A stretch of 63,356 nt of DNA, the filler included, from Craspedostauros australis (taxonomy: Eukaryota), in the NCBI GenBank assembly GCA_030167865.1. It is 13 parts of 13 records of this genome, joined end to end, with 100 filler letters (N's around TTAATTAATTAA, not from the genome) between each part and the next. Parts side by side here need not be neighbours in the genome. Positions count along the whole stretch, not along the records: positions 35,614 to 39,478 come from JALAGF010000712.1; positions 39,579 to 46,528 come from JALAGF010000715.1; positions 46,629 to 47,670 come from JALAGF010000717.1; positions 47,771 to 49,462 come from JALAGF010000718.1; 9 more parts are not named here. The stretch is one strand, 5' to 3'. Below are positions 36,223 to 48,472 of this stretch, in pieces. The notes below the pieces were generated by a model. It was not told where the DNA came from, searched no databases, and was given only the letters and a program-made list of their open reading frames with translations. Positions within the stretch are counted from its first letter, which is position 1. The number at the start of each line of letters is the position of its first letter. The position numbers and the translations under genes are program-made.

Positions 36223-36700
36223 TATGCATTCGTCAATGGCGATCGTGCACACAATTGAGTCACATGAAGATCCAATGCTGGCATCATTCTATGCGTTGGA
36301 AGAACACCAGTATACTTCTCAAGCAAGAGGCAATCATCAGCCACAACTTCAACATATGGCGCCAAATTCAATGTCATGGGATCCGTGGCAGAAGAGACCA
36401 TTGTGCTACAATGTGCACTCCAATTGCTGCGGACGCAAGTCAAGTCGCCAGTAATCGCATCATGTGACAACAATGCTGCAATCTCGAACACGATGATCAC
36501 AGAGAGCCTGCTACAAAAGAAGCATGCAGCGATATAATTTCGCAAAGTCCGCGAATCTGTGTGAGCCGGTATGCAAGTGCCGGTATACATTCCACCAGCA
36601 CAGAACTTTGCAGATATGCTCACAAAAGCACTGGCAAGACCAGCACTCGCCACTTTTGTCACTGCTCTGTTCGACGGGAGTCATCCTCAAGATGAAGGGG
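36223..36700 (+). mobile_element. Degenerate Ty1/copia (CoDi-type) pol C-terminus: RNase H domain plus a possible polypurine tract
   Basis: One frame reads YAFVNGDRAHN*VT*RSNAGII...TPVYFSSKRQSSATTSTYGAKF...CDNNAAI...LLQKKHAAI*FRKVRESV*AG...QNFADMLTKAL. Stops at 36256, 36265, 36535 and 36562. AAGATGAAGGGG at ~36689-36700 is followed by TG at 36703. Confidence 0.9.
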
Positions 36701-37454
36701 CGTGCCAGCTTTCACTGTAAACTATACCACTTACAAATCGAATTGGTGTGCGCTTGGGCACTTTGTTTGGCTGGCTTTCTGCGTTGGCGACTTTGCTTGT
36801 TGTGCAAAACTCCTCTGTCGGCCACCATGATCACCCGACCGGATTGAAAAAACACCCGAAGCAAAAACGACTCTTTCGCACCGACAACAGTAAAAAGCGC
36901 AAAATATATGTCTGTCCGTCAACACGGCCACCAGCAATCGCGAAGGTTCAGGCAGCGACGGCTCGGATGTGTGATAAAAAACAAACAGTACTAAATCTAC
37001 GGGCGATGGTGATGGTTCTCACCAAGACGAGCATGCCCGCTTGCACAACACAACTCCGCGACCTGCCGAACGAGAACAACAAAAACATGGCCCAAATTGG
37101 GTGGAAATGTTGGGTGGACCATCAACACGAAGTCTTGCTGCAACCCGTTTTTGTTGAACCGGCATTGACAGAAGATTGACGGTTCTCGTCAAAAAGTCGG
37201 ACCGACGGAGCATTGCTACAACACGGCGCACTGCGAGAGCCTCGGAAGGACGGACCAACTGGCCAAAAAATGTCTCCCCCCGCGACTCGTTGGTTTGTGA
37301 CTGAATGGGCTCATATATATTTAGAAACTGTAGTGTTGGGAGCATTGCCGATACTCCCAGGATCATCCAAACACAAGTCAATCTGACAAGGAAAACGGCA
37401 AAAACTCTACAACTAGTGCTATCGGTTTGCCGAGTGAGCGAGGTGGAAGGTACG

Positions 37455-37507
37455 CCAATGGTTACCAATAATTGCCAAAAAGTGAAAAAAAGGAAATTAG
37501 CCACGAG
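37455..37507. repeat. Dispersed repeat built of 9-bp GTTACCAAT-like units plus GGAAATTAGCCACGAG
   Basis: Matches 51066-51122; shorter versions at 50835-50868 and 62086-62112. Confidence 0.7.
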
Positions 37508-37696
37508 CTACGAGTTTCGTGTAAAATTAACGCGTTAATTTTGGATTGTGTCAAGATGCAAGGTTTTGGAGGCTGCTTGCGACTGTTGCGTCCTGACGCA
37601 ATTTCTGGACTTTTGTACGACGAAAAATGCTTGTGGATGTGTACGCTTTCGCTGATCTCATCAGCCCCGAAAGGTGATAAATTGAACGGAGGGTGC

Positions 37697-38978
37697 TTAG
37701 AGAGCGGTGTTGCACACCTCAACGAGCAATGCCTCGTAGTCTCCGCCGGTCTCGCTTCTGACGGTGTCCTGGACGGTCTTGCCCTCCTTCTCGATGTAGG
37801 CCTCCATGACGTCCTTCAGGATATTCTGGTAACGGATGAGTGTGCAGGTGAGCATCAACTCGTTGGTTCCGAATCCCTTGCATGCCTTGGTGATGAGGTC
37901 GGCCACAGCTTCGTATGGCTGGAGCTTCATGGCGAGCATGAAGACAGCAGCATCCTCCAATTGTCCACCGAGCTCCTTCTTCAGGACCTTGAGGAGGGTG
38001 TAGCCGTGCTCCTCGGCGTACGAAGTGTTCAGTGCCTTGAGGTACTCTGGCGGGCATTTGCAGAGAGTCTTGAAGAGGCCAGCCTCGTCGGTTCCCCACT
38101 TGCCCTGTCCTGCGTCGTACAGGATCTCGATATCCTCCTTCATCTTGTCCTCGCTGCCGTGGAACTCCTCGTCGTATTCCTCCTCGCAAGCCTGCATGCA
38201 GTTCACGATGAGCTTTTCAAAATCGCCGCCCAATTCCTCGTCGAGAATGCGTCCGAGGTCCTCGTCGTACATGTCGAAGTATGTCTTCTTCAGGATCTGC
38301 ATGTCCTCGTTGCTGCGTCCGCAGATGATGGGGTAAAGGACCTCCTCCTTGGATCCCATTCCCTTGCATGCCTTCTGGATCATGTCGCACTCGGCTTGGA
38401 CTGGCGTCACGGCCAAGAACTTTAGCGCGGTTCCGAAGTCTCCGTTTCCGCACTCGCTCTTCACGACGTCTCTCAGCTCCTTGTCGAACATCTCCTTGAA
38501 CTTGATTGGAATTTGGCATCTTTGTTCCGGTGTGGTTGCCGCAAGAGCCTTGACAAGGCGCTTCTCATCGGTGCCCCATCCCTTGCAGGCCTCGTTGATT
38601 TCCTGCCATTCGTTTGCGTAACAGCAGGGTTTGAAAGTTATCAGATGGAAGGAGGGAAGTGGTGCCAACGTTGATGAAGAGGCAAAGGGCAATCATGCGA
38701 ACGAATTGAAGGGAAGCAGGTGTTGGACAGAGATGAAGGAGAAAGAGACGCAGAAGTGAGAATTCGTCCAAAGTGATTCGTTGGGATTCAGACGCCGTTC
38801 CTCCAGTCCGTGTTGCCATTGTCGCAAGGGACACGATTTGATCAAGGCAATGCCATCTCGCCGTCGCACTCGTGCGAACGCATCATCGTACCTCGCAGAT
38901 GCCTTCAATCTCCTCTCCGACAGCGTCTGGGGAAAGATCGCCGTCGTAGATCATCTGTGGGTAGATTCCGAGACTCAT
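37697..38978 (-). CDS. Annexin, 2 exons: 38978-38892 and 38602-37697
   Basis: Four annexin repeats (KGWGTDE, KGMGSKE, GKWGTDE, KGFGTNE, each with a GDF/GQL/GDY helix). Intron 38891-38603 (GTACGA...GGCAG) joins MSLGIYPQ...EGICE|EINEACKG in frame. Confidence 0.95.
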
Positions 38979-39478
38979 GGTTGCAGTTGGGGTGGGTGTC
39001 GGGTGTGCTTGTGGTGCTTGTGGCGGTGGTGGTGACGAGGTTGCTTCGTTGGCGAAGTTTTGCAAATTTATGTCAGAGAGAGGAGGCAGTTGGATCTTTC
39101 CGCATGTGTCGTCGTGTGTTGTGGTGTGTTGTGGTGTGTCGTGGTTCTGTGTTGCTGGTTTGCTCACAAGGGACGGATGTGCGCAACATGCGACGGGCAC
39201 GAACCATGTGGTGTCATGCGCAACACACACTGCGACGTTTCGCCCTACATTTTCAACGACAAGATTCGGAAGAAGAACAGCGAAGCAAGGAGGAGAAGAA
39301 TCCTTTTTGCTGTTGAGAAAGTCCATTCGTGTATAATCCGGGATTGCTCTGTCGATGGTTGCCAAATCGCACATTCGGTTCGCATGTTTATTTGGGGGCG
39401 AAAACAAACAAAAGAGCAATTGATCAGTCTGTCTACCCATCCGTGCGATGGATCATTTCGCATCCCCAAAATCGCGCA

Positions 39479-39578
39479 NNNNNNNNNNNNNNNNNNNNNN
39501 NNNNNNNNNNNNNNNNNNNNNNTTAATTAATTAANNNNNNNNNNNNNNNNNNNNNNNNNNNNNNNNNNNNNNNNNNNN
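39479..39578. other. Artificial contig spacer 4
   Basis: N44-TTAATTAATTAA-N44. Confidence 0.98.
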
Positions 39579-40161
39579 CATCTGCGTGTACAAGGTGAAG
39601 CGCAGGAAGCAAGGTCGGTTGGATCTGGTCGGGCATTTCCACACGCGAGGCGACACACCAAGACATTTCCAGTTCGATCATTCCGGACAGTACCTTCTGG
39701 TTGCCAACCAGGACACGGATTCTGTCGCCGTCTTCTCCTTCAATCTCAGCACGGGTCGCATCCAGTACACGGGCAACGAGTACAGCGTTCCTTCCCCCAA
39801 CTTCGTCTGCTGCTGTCCTGTGTATCCCCTCATGGATGTGGACGAAGAGAGTGTCGATGAAGGCGTGCCGGCAGTGGCGTCGGTTGACACGGCTGAGGAG
39901 GAGCTGGCTGCGACATCCTTGCGCCACTCCCGACATCCCAGCTTGGTGATGCGACACAAAGCATCCGATGACGGCGGCGAAACATCCGACAGCGACGATT
40001 CCACATTTCGGGCTCATCGCCGACCAAAGCCAAAGGCGCGCACAGCACCGGCATCAGTGCCAGGGCCACCTTCTGCTTCTCCTTCTTCGCTGGAGGTGGA
40101 ATTGGAGCAAGCTCGGCGAGAGATCGAGCAGTTGCGGCGATTGTTGGAAACTAGAAAGTGA
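39579..40161 (+). CDS. 3' fragment of a 7-bladed beta-propeller lactonase (6-phosphogluconolactonase/cycloisomerase-2 family) with a coiled-coil tail
   Basis: GHFHTRGDTPRHFQFDHSGQYLLVANQDTDSVAVF...TG...VPSPNFV; tail ELEQARREIEQLRRLL. Confidence 0.85.
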
Positions 40162-40738
40162 TGCTGCAAACGATTAGAGTACACGCAATAGAGCATTTCA
40201 AACAGAGTACACGAGCACATCTTGGAATGCTAAATGGCACCATGAGTCAATGGACGAAGACAACCTAATTGCTTGTGATTGACAGGATTGATAGCGCCGG
40301 AGGCTCCGGTATCAGAGAACCATCTCTCGTCCGCAACGTGCCCGCATGGGTGGTATGGACTTCGCCGCTCCTACTCCATGAGGCATTGAGAATGATAACA
40401 GTGCTCGTCGTCTCTATTCATTGTTACTTGTATGCTTGAACCATTTGTTCGTCCATGTTTAGTTCTATTTCGTGGCGGGTTCCGATTTCCACTGCATTGT
40501 GCTGCGCACCTCTCTCCCTCCAGTCTTCGCCAATCTACTGTGACGATGCTGGAGAATTCCAAGATTCAATCCACCTCACTTCCATGCGGTATCATGAAAG
40601 CATTCATCATGATGGATGGAGTGAGTGCCGTAGAGTATAGAAACGTCCATTGGCGGTTGCTTCCGGCTCGCTGTGTCTCCGCGTACAAAGGATACTGCAG
40701 TTCGAGCAGCGTGTGCAGTTGTTAGTCAGCTCTCGAAG

Positions 40739-43700
40739 CTAGAAGCCTCGCCCGTAATGAGACGAGCCCATGCGATTGCCACCTCCAGCAGCAGTAGCAG
40801 CAGCAGCTGTAGCGTGGTTCGGCCCTCCTTTGTATGTCACATCGAAGCTGGTGCCGAGACGCCCGGTCTCTTTGGCAAAGTTGATCCGCAATGCTCCGCC
40901 GTTGACCATGGCGCCACCCAAAGCTTGCCTTGCGGAAACTGCTGCAGCCCTGCTGGCTGTGTTCACAAAGCTGAAGGTTCCCTTCATGATCACGCTGATA
41001 ACTGGTCCGTGGGCGCCGACCAAATCGCGAAGCTGAGCCTCGGTAGTCCCAGCACCATACCCCGCAATGAACAGGTTCTTGGTGGCCGCATTGCCTCTCT
41101 CATCACGAATGTGCGCAAAGCTTGCCTCGTCGGGCGCACCTGGCATCGGCTGGCCTGCTCCTGGTGGGGGCGGTTGGTACATGCCCATACTGTTAGGATT
41201 GCCCGGTGGTGCAGGCGCAGGACCTCCATACTGGGGCCTGCCCATTCCATTTGGCGGTCCACCGTATTGTCCTCCTTGCATTGCGGCGGCGCCATTCACA
41301 CCGTAGGCATTCATAGGGTTGGGTTGATTGTGATGATGTGCGCCGCCACCGCCACCGCCTCCAGCACCGCCTCCACCAGGAGTTCGACTCTTCCTTTGTG
41401 CTGACCGGATGCGCACGGGTTGACCGCCAATTAGTGCACCCTGCAATGAATCCATGGCGCGCATGGCACCAGCGGGATCTTTTGTGTTGACAAAACAGAA
41501 GCCACTCAACATGACGATATCGCCTACCCGCACGAATGGTGAGAACATCGCCCTGATCTCAGCCTGCGAGGTATTTGGACCGTACCCACTCAGGTGGAGG
41601 TTGCCTTCAGTGCCATTCGCCTCCTTGCCGTGATTTGCTCCACCGGGAGCTGGCATCTGGGCGGGCGCTGGCATGTGTCCACCAGCTGCGTTGCCTCTGC
41701 CGTATACGTTGGTGGAGCCAGCATGGCCATACGAACCTGCCGGCGCACTGGGCTGGCCATACCCTGCTGATTGCTGGTTCTGGTTCAGTTGGTGGCTTTG
41801 AGTGTATCCTGTGTTGTTTTGATGCACGAGCGGTGGCTGAGTTGTCGCGGCGCTGGGGGTCAACGATTGCACCATGTTCATCAAGCGTGGTTGGTCATAG
41901 ATTCCGTTTCCATCCACGAATGTGTGCAGCAAGCCGGGGGACTTTGCAAGTGTCTGCAGAGCCTGCTCGTTCTGGCCGATAAGAAACATGGGCAGGCCAA
42001 GGGACTGCACAAAGTCCGAAGTTGCTCCCGTTGGTCGTGGTGGTGGTGGAATGCCGAGATTGTTTTGCACCGGCGCATACTGCTGGTATGACTGGGCGGG
42101 TGCGCTGGAAGGTGGGGGAGGCGGAGGGATGGCTGCCGGTGTCTGCGGCTGCGGAGTCGGCGTTTGCTGCGGAACGAAGAACGGAATGGAAGTCACGACG
42201 AGGGATGATTGCGATGTCATGTCCAGCGCCTGCTCAACGTCGCTCATGGGCGTTGGGTTCGGAGGCACATCGCTGTCGCTCCTGTATCGGGCCTGTGTTG
42301 CGCTTGCGAGCCTGCCTTGCTGCTTTGCAACCTCCGTGGATTGGGGTTCGGTTGGTGCAACGTCAGGGACGGGTGGCAGCAATGTTGGCGAGCGCCATGC
42401 CATGGTCGGTTGGATAGGCGCTCTGGCCTTCCTATCGCCCATGCCGAAGTCGTCGTCATCATCAGCGAGCTTTGCCTTTGGCACGCTGGACAGCAGCTGC
42501 TTTTCGCGGGTCCTGTCACGCTTCTTTCGATCGGACCAGGACATGGGCACGGAGGCCGCGCTCTCGCTGCGCTGTTCCACGCTTCCATTCGGTTCGATGA
42601 AGCGCGTGGCATTCAGTTCGCCTCCGAAATGGTCAGCCCATTTGACTCGATTCTTCGAGGCTGACGATTGGAGAATTGATTGAAATCGGGAGCAAAGAAG
42701 GACGATCGGAAAGGGAGGAGGGACGATCGAAGAGCGGTGAGTTTGATGCAAATCTTGAAGTACAATTGGTCAAGAAGCACTGCATGCACAAACACAAACC
42801 AAGTATCACAGGAATCGGGAGAATGAACGGACGAACGAACGAAACCCATAGTCTCAGAGAAGAAAGGACGATAAACATCAGCGCCACGCAGGCGGCGCAC
42901 ACCAACGCGAAATTGAGCATTACTTTTGCCCTCACCTTTCTTTGAGACTGTGTTGTGTAGTTTGGAGACAGCGCTTGCATTCGCTGCGGCATTAGCCTTG
43001 GCAACAGCCGGTGATGCCTTGGACAGCTTGGAATCTGTCATTTTGGTGAGCAGGCCAGAGAGTGAGGATCCGGACGATGATGATGCTGACGATGACGACG
43101 ATCCTCTGGTTGAAGGAAGCAGAGATGATTTCTTTGGCAGAGCCTGACTTGTTTCGACACGGGTCCTCTTTGCTGATGGACCATCAGATGTTGCCGGTGC
43201 GGCCGAGGATGATGGGAGCGATGATGCCGAAGACGATGCAGAGATGCTGCTCAGATTTCGCTTTGCCTTTGCATTGGATGTGGTAGCAGCCTGTGCTTTC
43301 ATTGCCTTGACTGACTTGCTCCACATGTCTTTGATCAGCACGACTCTGTTCTTGATGCTTGCTTCGTTGGGGGTGCCTGCACAAATCCTGTGCTTGTCGA
43401 TGGCGCCGATGGCTTTCCCCATGCCGGACTCCTTCACGGCCGCCTTCGTCACTGGGAGCTTGGTGACGCTGCTCAGCAAATGAAGGAGCAGGTCGATACC
43501 GCCTGTTCGTGCACGAATGTGGTTTGCCATTGGCGATATTATCCATGTGCCGGATGTGCGCAGGATGAGGGAGTGTGTGCATGAGAGTGTGTGTGTGAGA
43601 GAGAAAGGGAGTTCGAAGAGGTGGTTCGGTGAGGGGCGCGAACGACGATAGAGGAGCCACACAATGTACCGGTTGCGTCATGGATCGAATCCACCAACTG

Positions 43701-43997
43701 ATGGATGCATAGATGCATGGATGGAAGGCTGAACCGACAAAGGCCTCGAACACTTGAGAATCAGTATGGCGAGGATACTCGTACGAACGCAGCGCACTTA
43801 CCGACGGATCCGCTGAGGATGTCATCCATCCACTTCTTCGCAGAAGTGAGGAAACCCGCTGCCAGGATGTGATGAAGCTCGGGGTTGGTGCTGGGCGTCG
43901 CACCAACGAGCAAGAGGATGATGCAACGGCGCTGCTGCAGGATGGCTTTCTGTATTTCCGGACTCACGGCCTGGATAGAGCCGGTGCTCTCCGCCAT
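40739..43997 (-). CDS. PNUTS/PPP1R10-like protein: TFIIS N-terminal-like domain, RVKW PP1-docking motif, two RRMs; 3 exons: 43997-43802, 43502-42936 and 42660-40739
   Basis: Introns 43801-43503 (GTAAGT...ACAG) and 42935-42661 (GTGAGG...TCAG) both join in frame. LLHLLSSVTKLPVTKAAVKESGMGKAI...W (TFIIS-N-like), KNRVKWAD, and RRMs NLHLSG...FCFVN and NLFIAG...FSFVN...LRINFAK. Confidence 0.82.
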
Positions 43998-46528
43998 CTA
44001 CAGGGTGACGCAAGGTGTTGGTAGAGTATGTCGAGGTGAATATACGAGTGAAGCGACAGAATAGAGCGGAGGTATACGGATAGAGTATGGCAGAGTGGAA
44101 TAGACAACAAGCAAGTTGCAGGTGTTGAGAGGCGGAAGGTCGTGTCAGTACGAGTATGGCGTGTGGTTGGGCCCGCTGGGGCTTGGGTGATTACTATTCT
44201 ACGGAAAGGATAGCGTTCTTTGGGTGTGTGGATAATGAGCAGATAATAGCTTGATGGCCGCGATGAGCGATTGGATGTCATGGTGGGCCGCATGCATGAT
44301 TGCGGGATGCAATGGAGGCAAGGCTCGTCCTCCGTGCCCGAGATACGAGCTCAGTGCAACGACTGACTGGTTCTGGTACGGAACTACAAAGTCAACCCAC
44401 TACTCTACTCTGGTATGCTTGATGCTCTTTGGTAGGCAAACATGAGTCATACTTGTAGATCGCCGGAATGCATTACCTCCTTCATGCAGGCTGACGTTGT
44501 GTGTGTATTCCACGGCATGGTGAGATGTGGTTCGATGCATCGATGGAGCGTGGATGGCGCGAACTGGATTGGATTTTGTTGGAAACCCTTCAATTGCGTG
44601 GTCGCACTTGGGCATCTGTTGGCGTTGTTCACGCTCATGCTTGCATGGTCGGCATGATAGCATCACTGACGAAGACGTTCGCAGGAGAGATGTCGAATGC
44701 ATGTATGCAGCCTGGGGTCGTTGGTGCAACGCAGCTGACCTCGGGATGGAGCCTTTGAGGGATGTTTGGCTGGATCGCAGTTTCCTCTGAACCAAGGTAT
44801 CTGTAGCTATGCACGCTAGTCAAGACTAAAGCTATTTGTACGTGTTTGCTGCGGATAACAAAACCTCTGATTGTGGACACCAATTGATTTGGTCTGATTC
44901 CTCACAAGGTGCATTATGAATGCAAGGCTGCGAAGTGGTGCGACTATCGAGGATGTCCAGGCTGTTGCATCGGCAACGTTCGTGCCGTCTCAACGTACGG
45001 TCGTGATGGTGCCTGTGTTGTGATCGTTTTTGTATGGTACGGTATGCATGAAGAAAACACGCTGCGTGTGTCCACGGAAGTGTGCAAAGTCGTGAACGGG
45101 TTCACGAACGCATGGCCCAATGGTGACTGGTGTGCGTGGAGTGTACACATGTCCCTGCATGCACATACATAAACGCACATGTATGCATGTATACTGCTAC
45201 AAACGTTGCAACATGTTTGTGCGACAGCTCCGGTGCATACTGCGACGAACGTTACCCAGCAGTCGCCGATCCACCTTGGCTATGGTGCCTCCTTCGAGGG
45301 ATAACGCAAAACTGCGAAGCTCTACTCGTACATTGGTGCAAAGGGGAATGTCCACGACGCAGATAGCGCAGAACTCGGAGGACGGACAGTGCAGCCATTG
45401 CTTCCGAAGAGCGCAGCTGGTGTCGATCGATGCAGTCTCGACTTCTCATGGAGAGTAGGCGATTCTTGGCAATCGTAGTCATGTGGGTGCGGCGATTCCA
45501 CGATCGTGGCAACGAGAGATGCTCCGCGCAGCATGCTCGGAATGGGAATCGTGCCCATGCCGCTCCTGCTGTCTTCGTTGATCGAGCAGTATCATGGACG
45601 AAATTGATGTTCGTCTTGGTATCGTGGTTGGGGCGATCGTCGGCGGGTGGGCAAAGGCCTGTGTTGTCTTGTCTTGCCTTGCAATCCAGCCATGGGCGAA
45701 GCTGTTCCAACAGAGGACGTCTGCATTGCTGGGGGCTCCAAGTCTCCGTCCAGCGCTGTACTGGGCGACAGGGTCTGCTTCGTCGCATGAAAAGGGGACG
45801 TCCATGCAGCCGATGACCTTTTCCGGCGTTTGCACTCTATTGGCCGTCAATCGGTGTCACCTCCCCAAGTCGCAGCTACATCGCCAGCCACGAACCATTG
45901 CACTTGTCCAACAGTCTGTACTGCCTCTGTTGGTCGGTTGGTCCGTCCACCTATCCGTCTATCCAAGTCTATCTCCATGTCTTCATTCAAACAGCCTCTT
46001 GGTTGCACAAACGCTTCCTTCTGTTTTCAACCTACCTTGAGTAATGTGTTCATGTCTCCAACGACAGTCGGGCCTCGTGCCAGTGAGAGATCTTGGAAGG
46101 TGAGAGGTGGGAGGTGAACGATGGAGGAAATGAGGCCAAGGCAGGAGCGGCGCCACAAAGGGCGTTTCATGACGGGAAGGAGTCGTGAGGCACATGCTTC
46201 AAATGTGAGACAGCAAGGAAGAACAGGACTGGGAAGCCTGACACAGCATCACAAAGCAGGTGCAGATGGCATCACACACATCGCTTGGCCCAGAAGAGAG
46301 TGGCAGCACAAATAGATGGTCGCAGACGACAACCGTTGTGGAACGACCAGTAGATGCCACCAACACCTCCGTTTGATGCGGTTGAACAGGGACACATCAA
46401 TGGAGTACTCTGCACGGCTCTAGTCAATAACAGCAACAACGACAACAATACCACGCTTTTCACTAACCATTGGCATCCAGCACCTTCTCGACTGCATTCT
46501 CAAACGCCGTTTGGGCATTGTCAAAGCC

Positions 46529-46628
46529 NNNNNNNNNNNNNNNNNNNNNNNNNNNNNNNNNNNNNNNNNNNNTTAATTAATTAANNNNNNNNNNNNNNNN
46601 NNNNNNNNNNNNNNNNNNNNNNNNNNNN
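46529..46628. other. Artificial contig spacer 5
   Basis: N44-TTAATTAATTAA-N44. Confidence 0.98.
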
Positions 46629-47669
46629 CAGTTGGGAGAATACGCCGCAGTGACCAGTGATCCAACATTCATCGACGACGCATCCATCCGTGAAGGTGAC
46701 GTAGGTCGGCTCGAAGAGGCGGAAGCCGAAGTAGAGCAAGCGACCTCCAACGTTGACCCCACGAAAGCGGAGAACGCTGTTGATCATCGGTGTTCCCGAG
46801 AGGATGGGATACAGCGACCATACATGGACTGAGTAAGCGAACGATTGGTANACCATGTACAGCGGCAAGCACCATGGCGTCGTTCGCTCATTGCTTCCCG
46901 CGAACGTCATNAATATGTGGACACGCAAGAGCATGGTCCACACNATGGTCTGGATGATGACCGATAGCACCACCAGTGGGACCGCCTCGAATGATGACTG
47001 CGGCTTGACGACATTCATCCATAGCTCAAAGGCTGGGATGAAGCTGATTGCCGCAACGAGCAACATGACAGCGTACAGCAATGTGCTCGCCACCATGATC
47101 CCGGTCAGTTTCGAGTCTGATACTCTCTTGTTGCGCGGATCGGGCTTTGGATAAATGACGCTCTCCGTGATGTGTGTCTGCGGCGAGACCAAAGCGTTGC
47201 GGACTGTCACACCCGGCGCGCAGGTCGTCAGCATCCCGATGCTGCTGTCCTCGATCGTGACTCTCTTGTATTCGTCGTTTTCCTCGATGTGGAAGGTGAC
47301 GACGGATACGAACGATCGTCGGATGGTGATGAGGTCGACTCCGGACGGATCGAAGCTGTCCCTGAAGATCTTTGATCGCAGATCGATGTCCAATCCATGA
47401 GCCATGTGGATCAGGTTCCAAATGATCGAATTGGTGGTCAGTCCGTCGAGCATCATGCATGCTCGGTCGAAGTGATAATCGCATGCCCAGTCTGCAAATT
47501 CACTCCAGATACCGGTCCTCGCTTGGCCCGGTCTCTTCTTGCCGATCATCACCCACTTGAGTATGATGCTGGATATCACTAGCAGCACTGATGACAGACC
47601 AATGGATACAACCCAATATTGCAGTTTGGAGTATCTCCAGTCTCGGAGGTCATCGCGGACCAAGATATC
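46629..47669 (-). CDS. Internal fragment of a membrane protein resembling the C-terminal region of Pls/PosA-type (epsilon-poly-L-lysine synthetase-like) NRPSs
   Basis: TM helices alternate with hexapeptide-like beta-helix segments. Motifs LKWVMIGKKRPG, VDLITI, GTPMINSVLRFRGVNVG and FEPTYVTFTDGCVV...GH. Open at both contig ends. Confidence 0.7.
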
Positions 47670-47670
47670 G

Positions 47671-47770
47671 NNNNNNNNNNNNNNNNNNNNNNNNNNNNNN
47701 NNNNNNNNNNNNNNTTAATTAATTAANNNNNNNNNNNNNNNNNNNNNNNNNNNNNNNNNNNNNNNNNNNN
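47671..47770. other. Artificial contig spacer 6
   Basis: N44-TTAATTAATTAA-N44. Confidence 0.98.
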
Positions 47771-48472
47771 GATGTTGTGATGCAGCCATCCTGTGATGTT
47801 GCGATGCTGTGATGCTCACATGATGCGATGCTCGTTGCACGGTAAGAGAAGCAGGCACCACAACCCGCAAGCAGCACATTGGTAGCAAGAGGCATGCTGA
47901 TACGTAACAACAAAGGCATGACGTGTGGGTGTTGGCAAGGAAGCGGATTCGAAAAACGAAAATGCGACCTCGCCAATTTGGCGATTCGCGTCTCGCCAAT
48001 GGAATGAGCTACAGTCCCGCAGCTCAAAATCGATTCACGAGTACTTTAGGCAACTATATCAACCTAAAGACAGTAACAGACATATAAATGTGATAGCATG
48101 GTTGGAAAGANGAGCTCGAGAAGATNAANAATNTGTAAAGAAAAGAGGTTCCCACTNGTAGGCGTTGGGGTCAAAAGTTTGAATAACTGATTTCGATTTG
48201 TTTATCGCCCAATTATTGGGCGATAGGTCGTAAAGGGATAGTAGTTTGAGAGTCGTTGATTCTGTTCTGAATCTCGACCAGCATCCCAGGAACACCAACT
48301 CTGTTCGTAGCATGCACTCTGTGGCACGAACTCGCGTGGTTCGCATCCAGTCTCAACATGCACTCTACTACATGTGCACGCAACTCAGCCCCAAGAATGC
48401 TTCGGGCAGAAATATGGAATTATACGATTAGTGAATGCGATCACAAGTCCAGACTGTCTGTCGGTGGAACAA

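Noticed and set aside
37472..38425. 317-aa plus-strand ORF
   Set aside because: It is antisense to the annexin and has no recognisable motifs.
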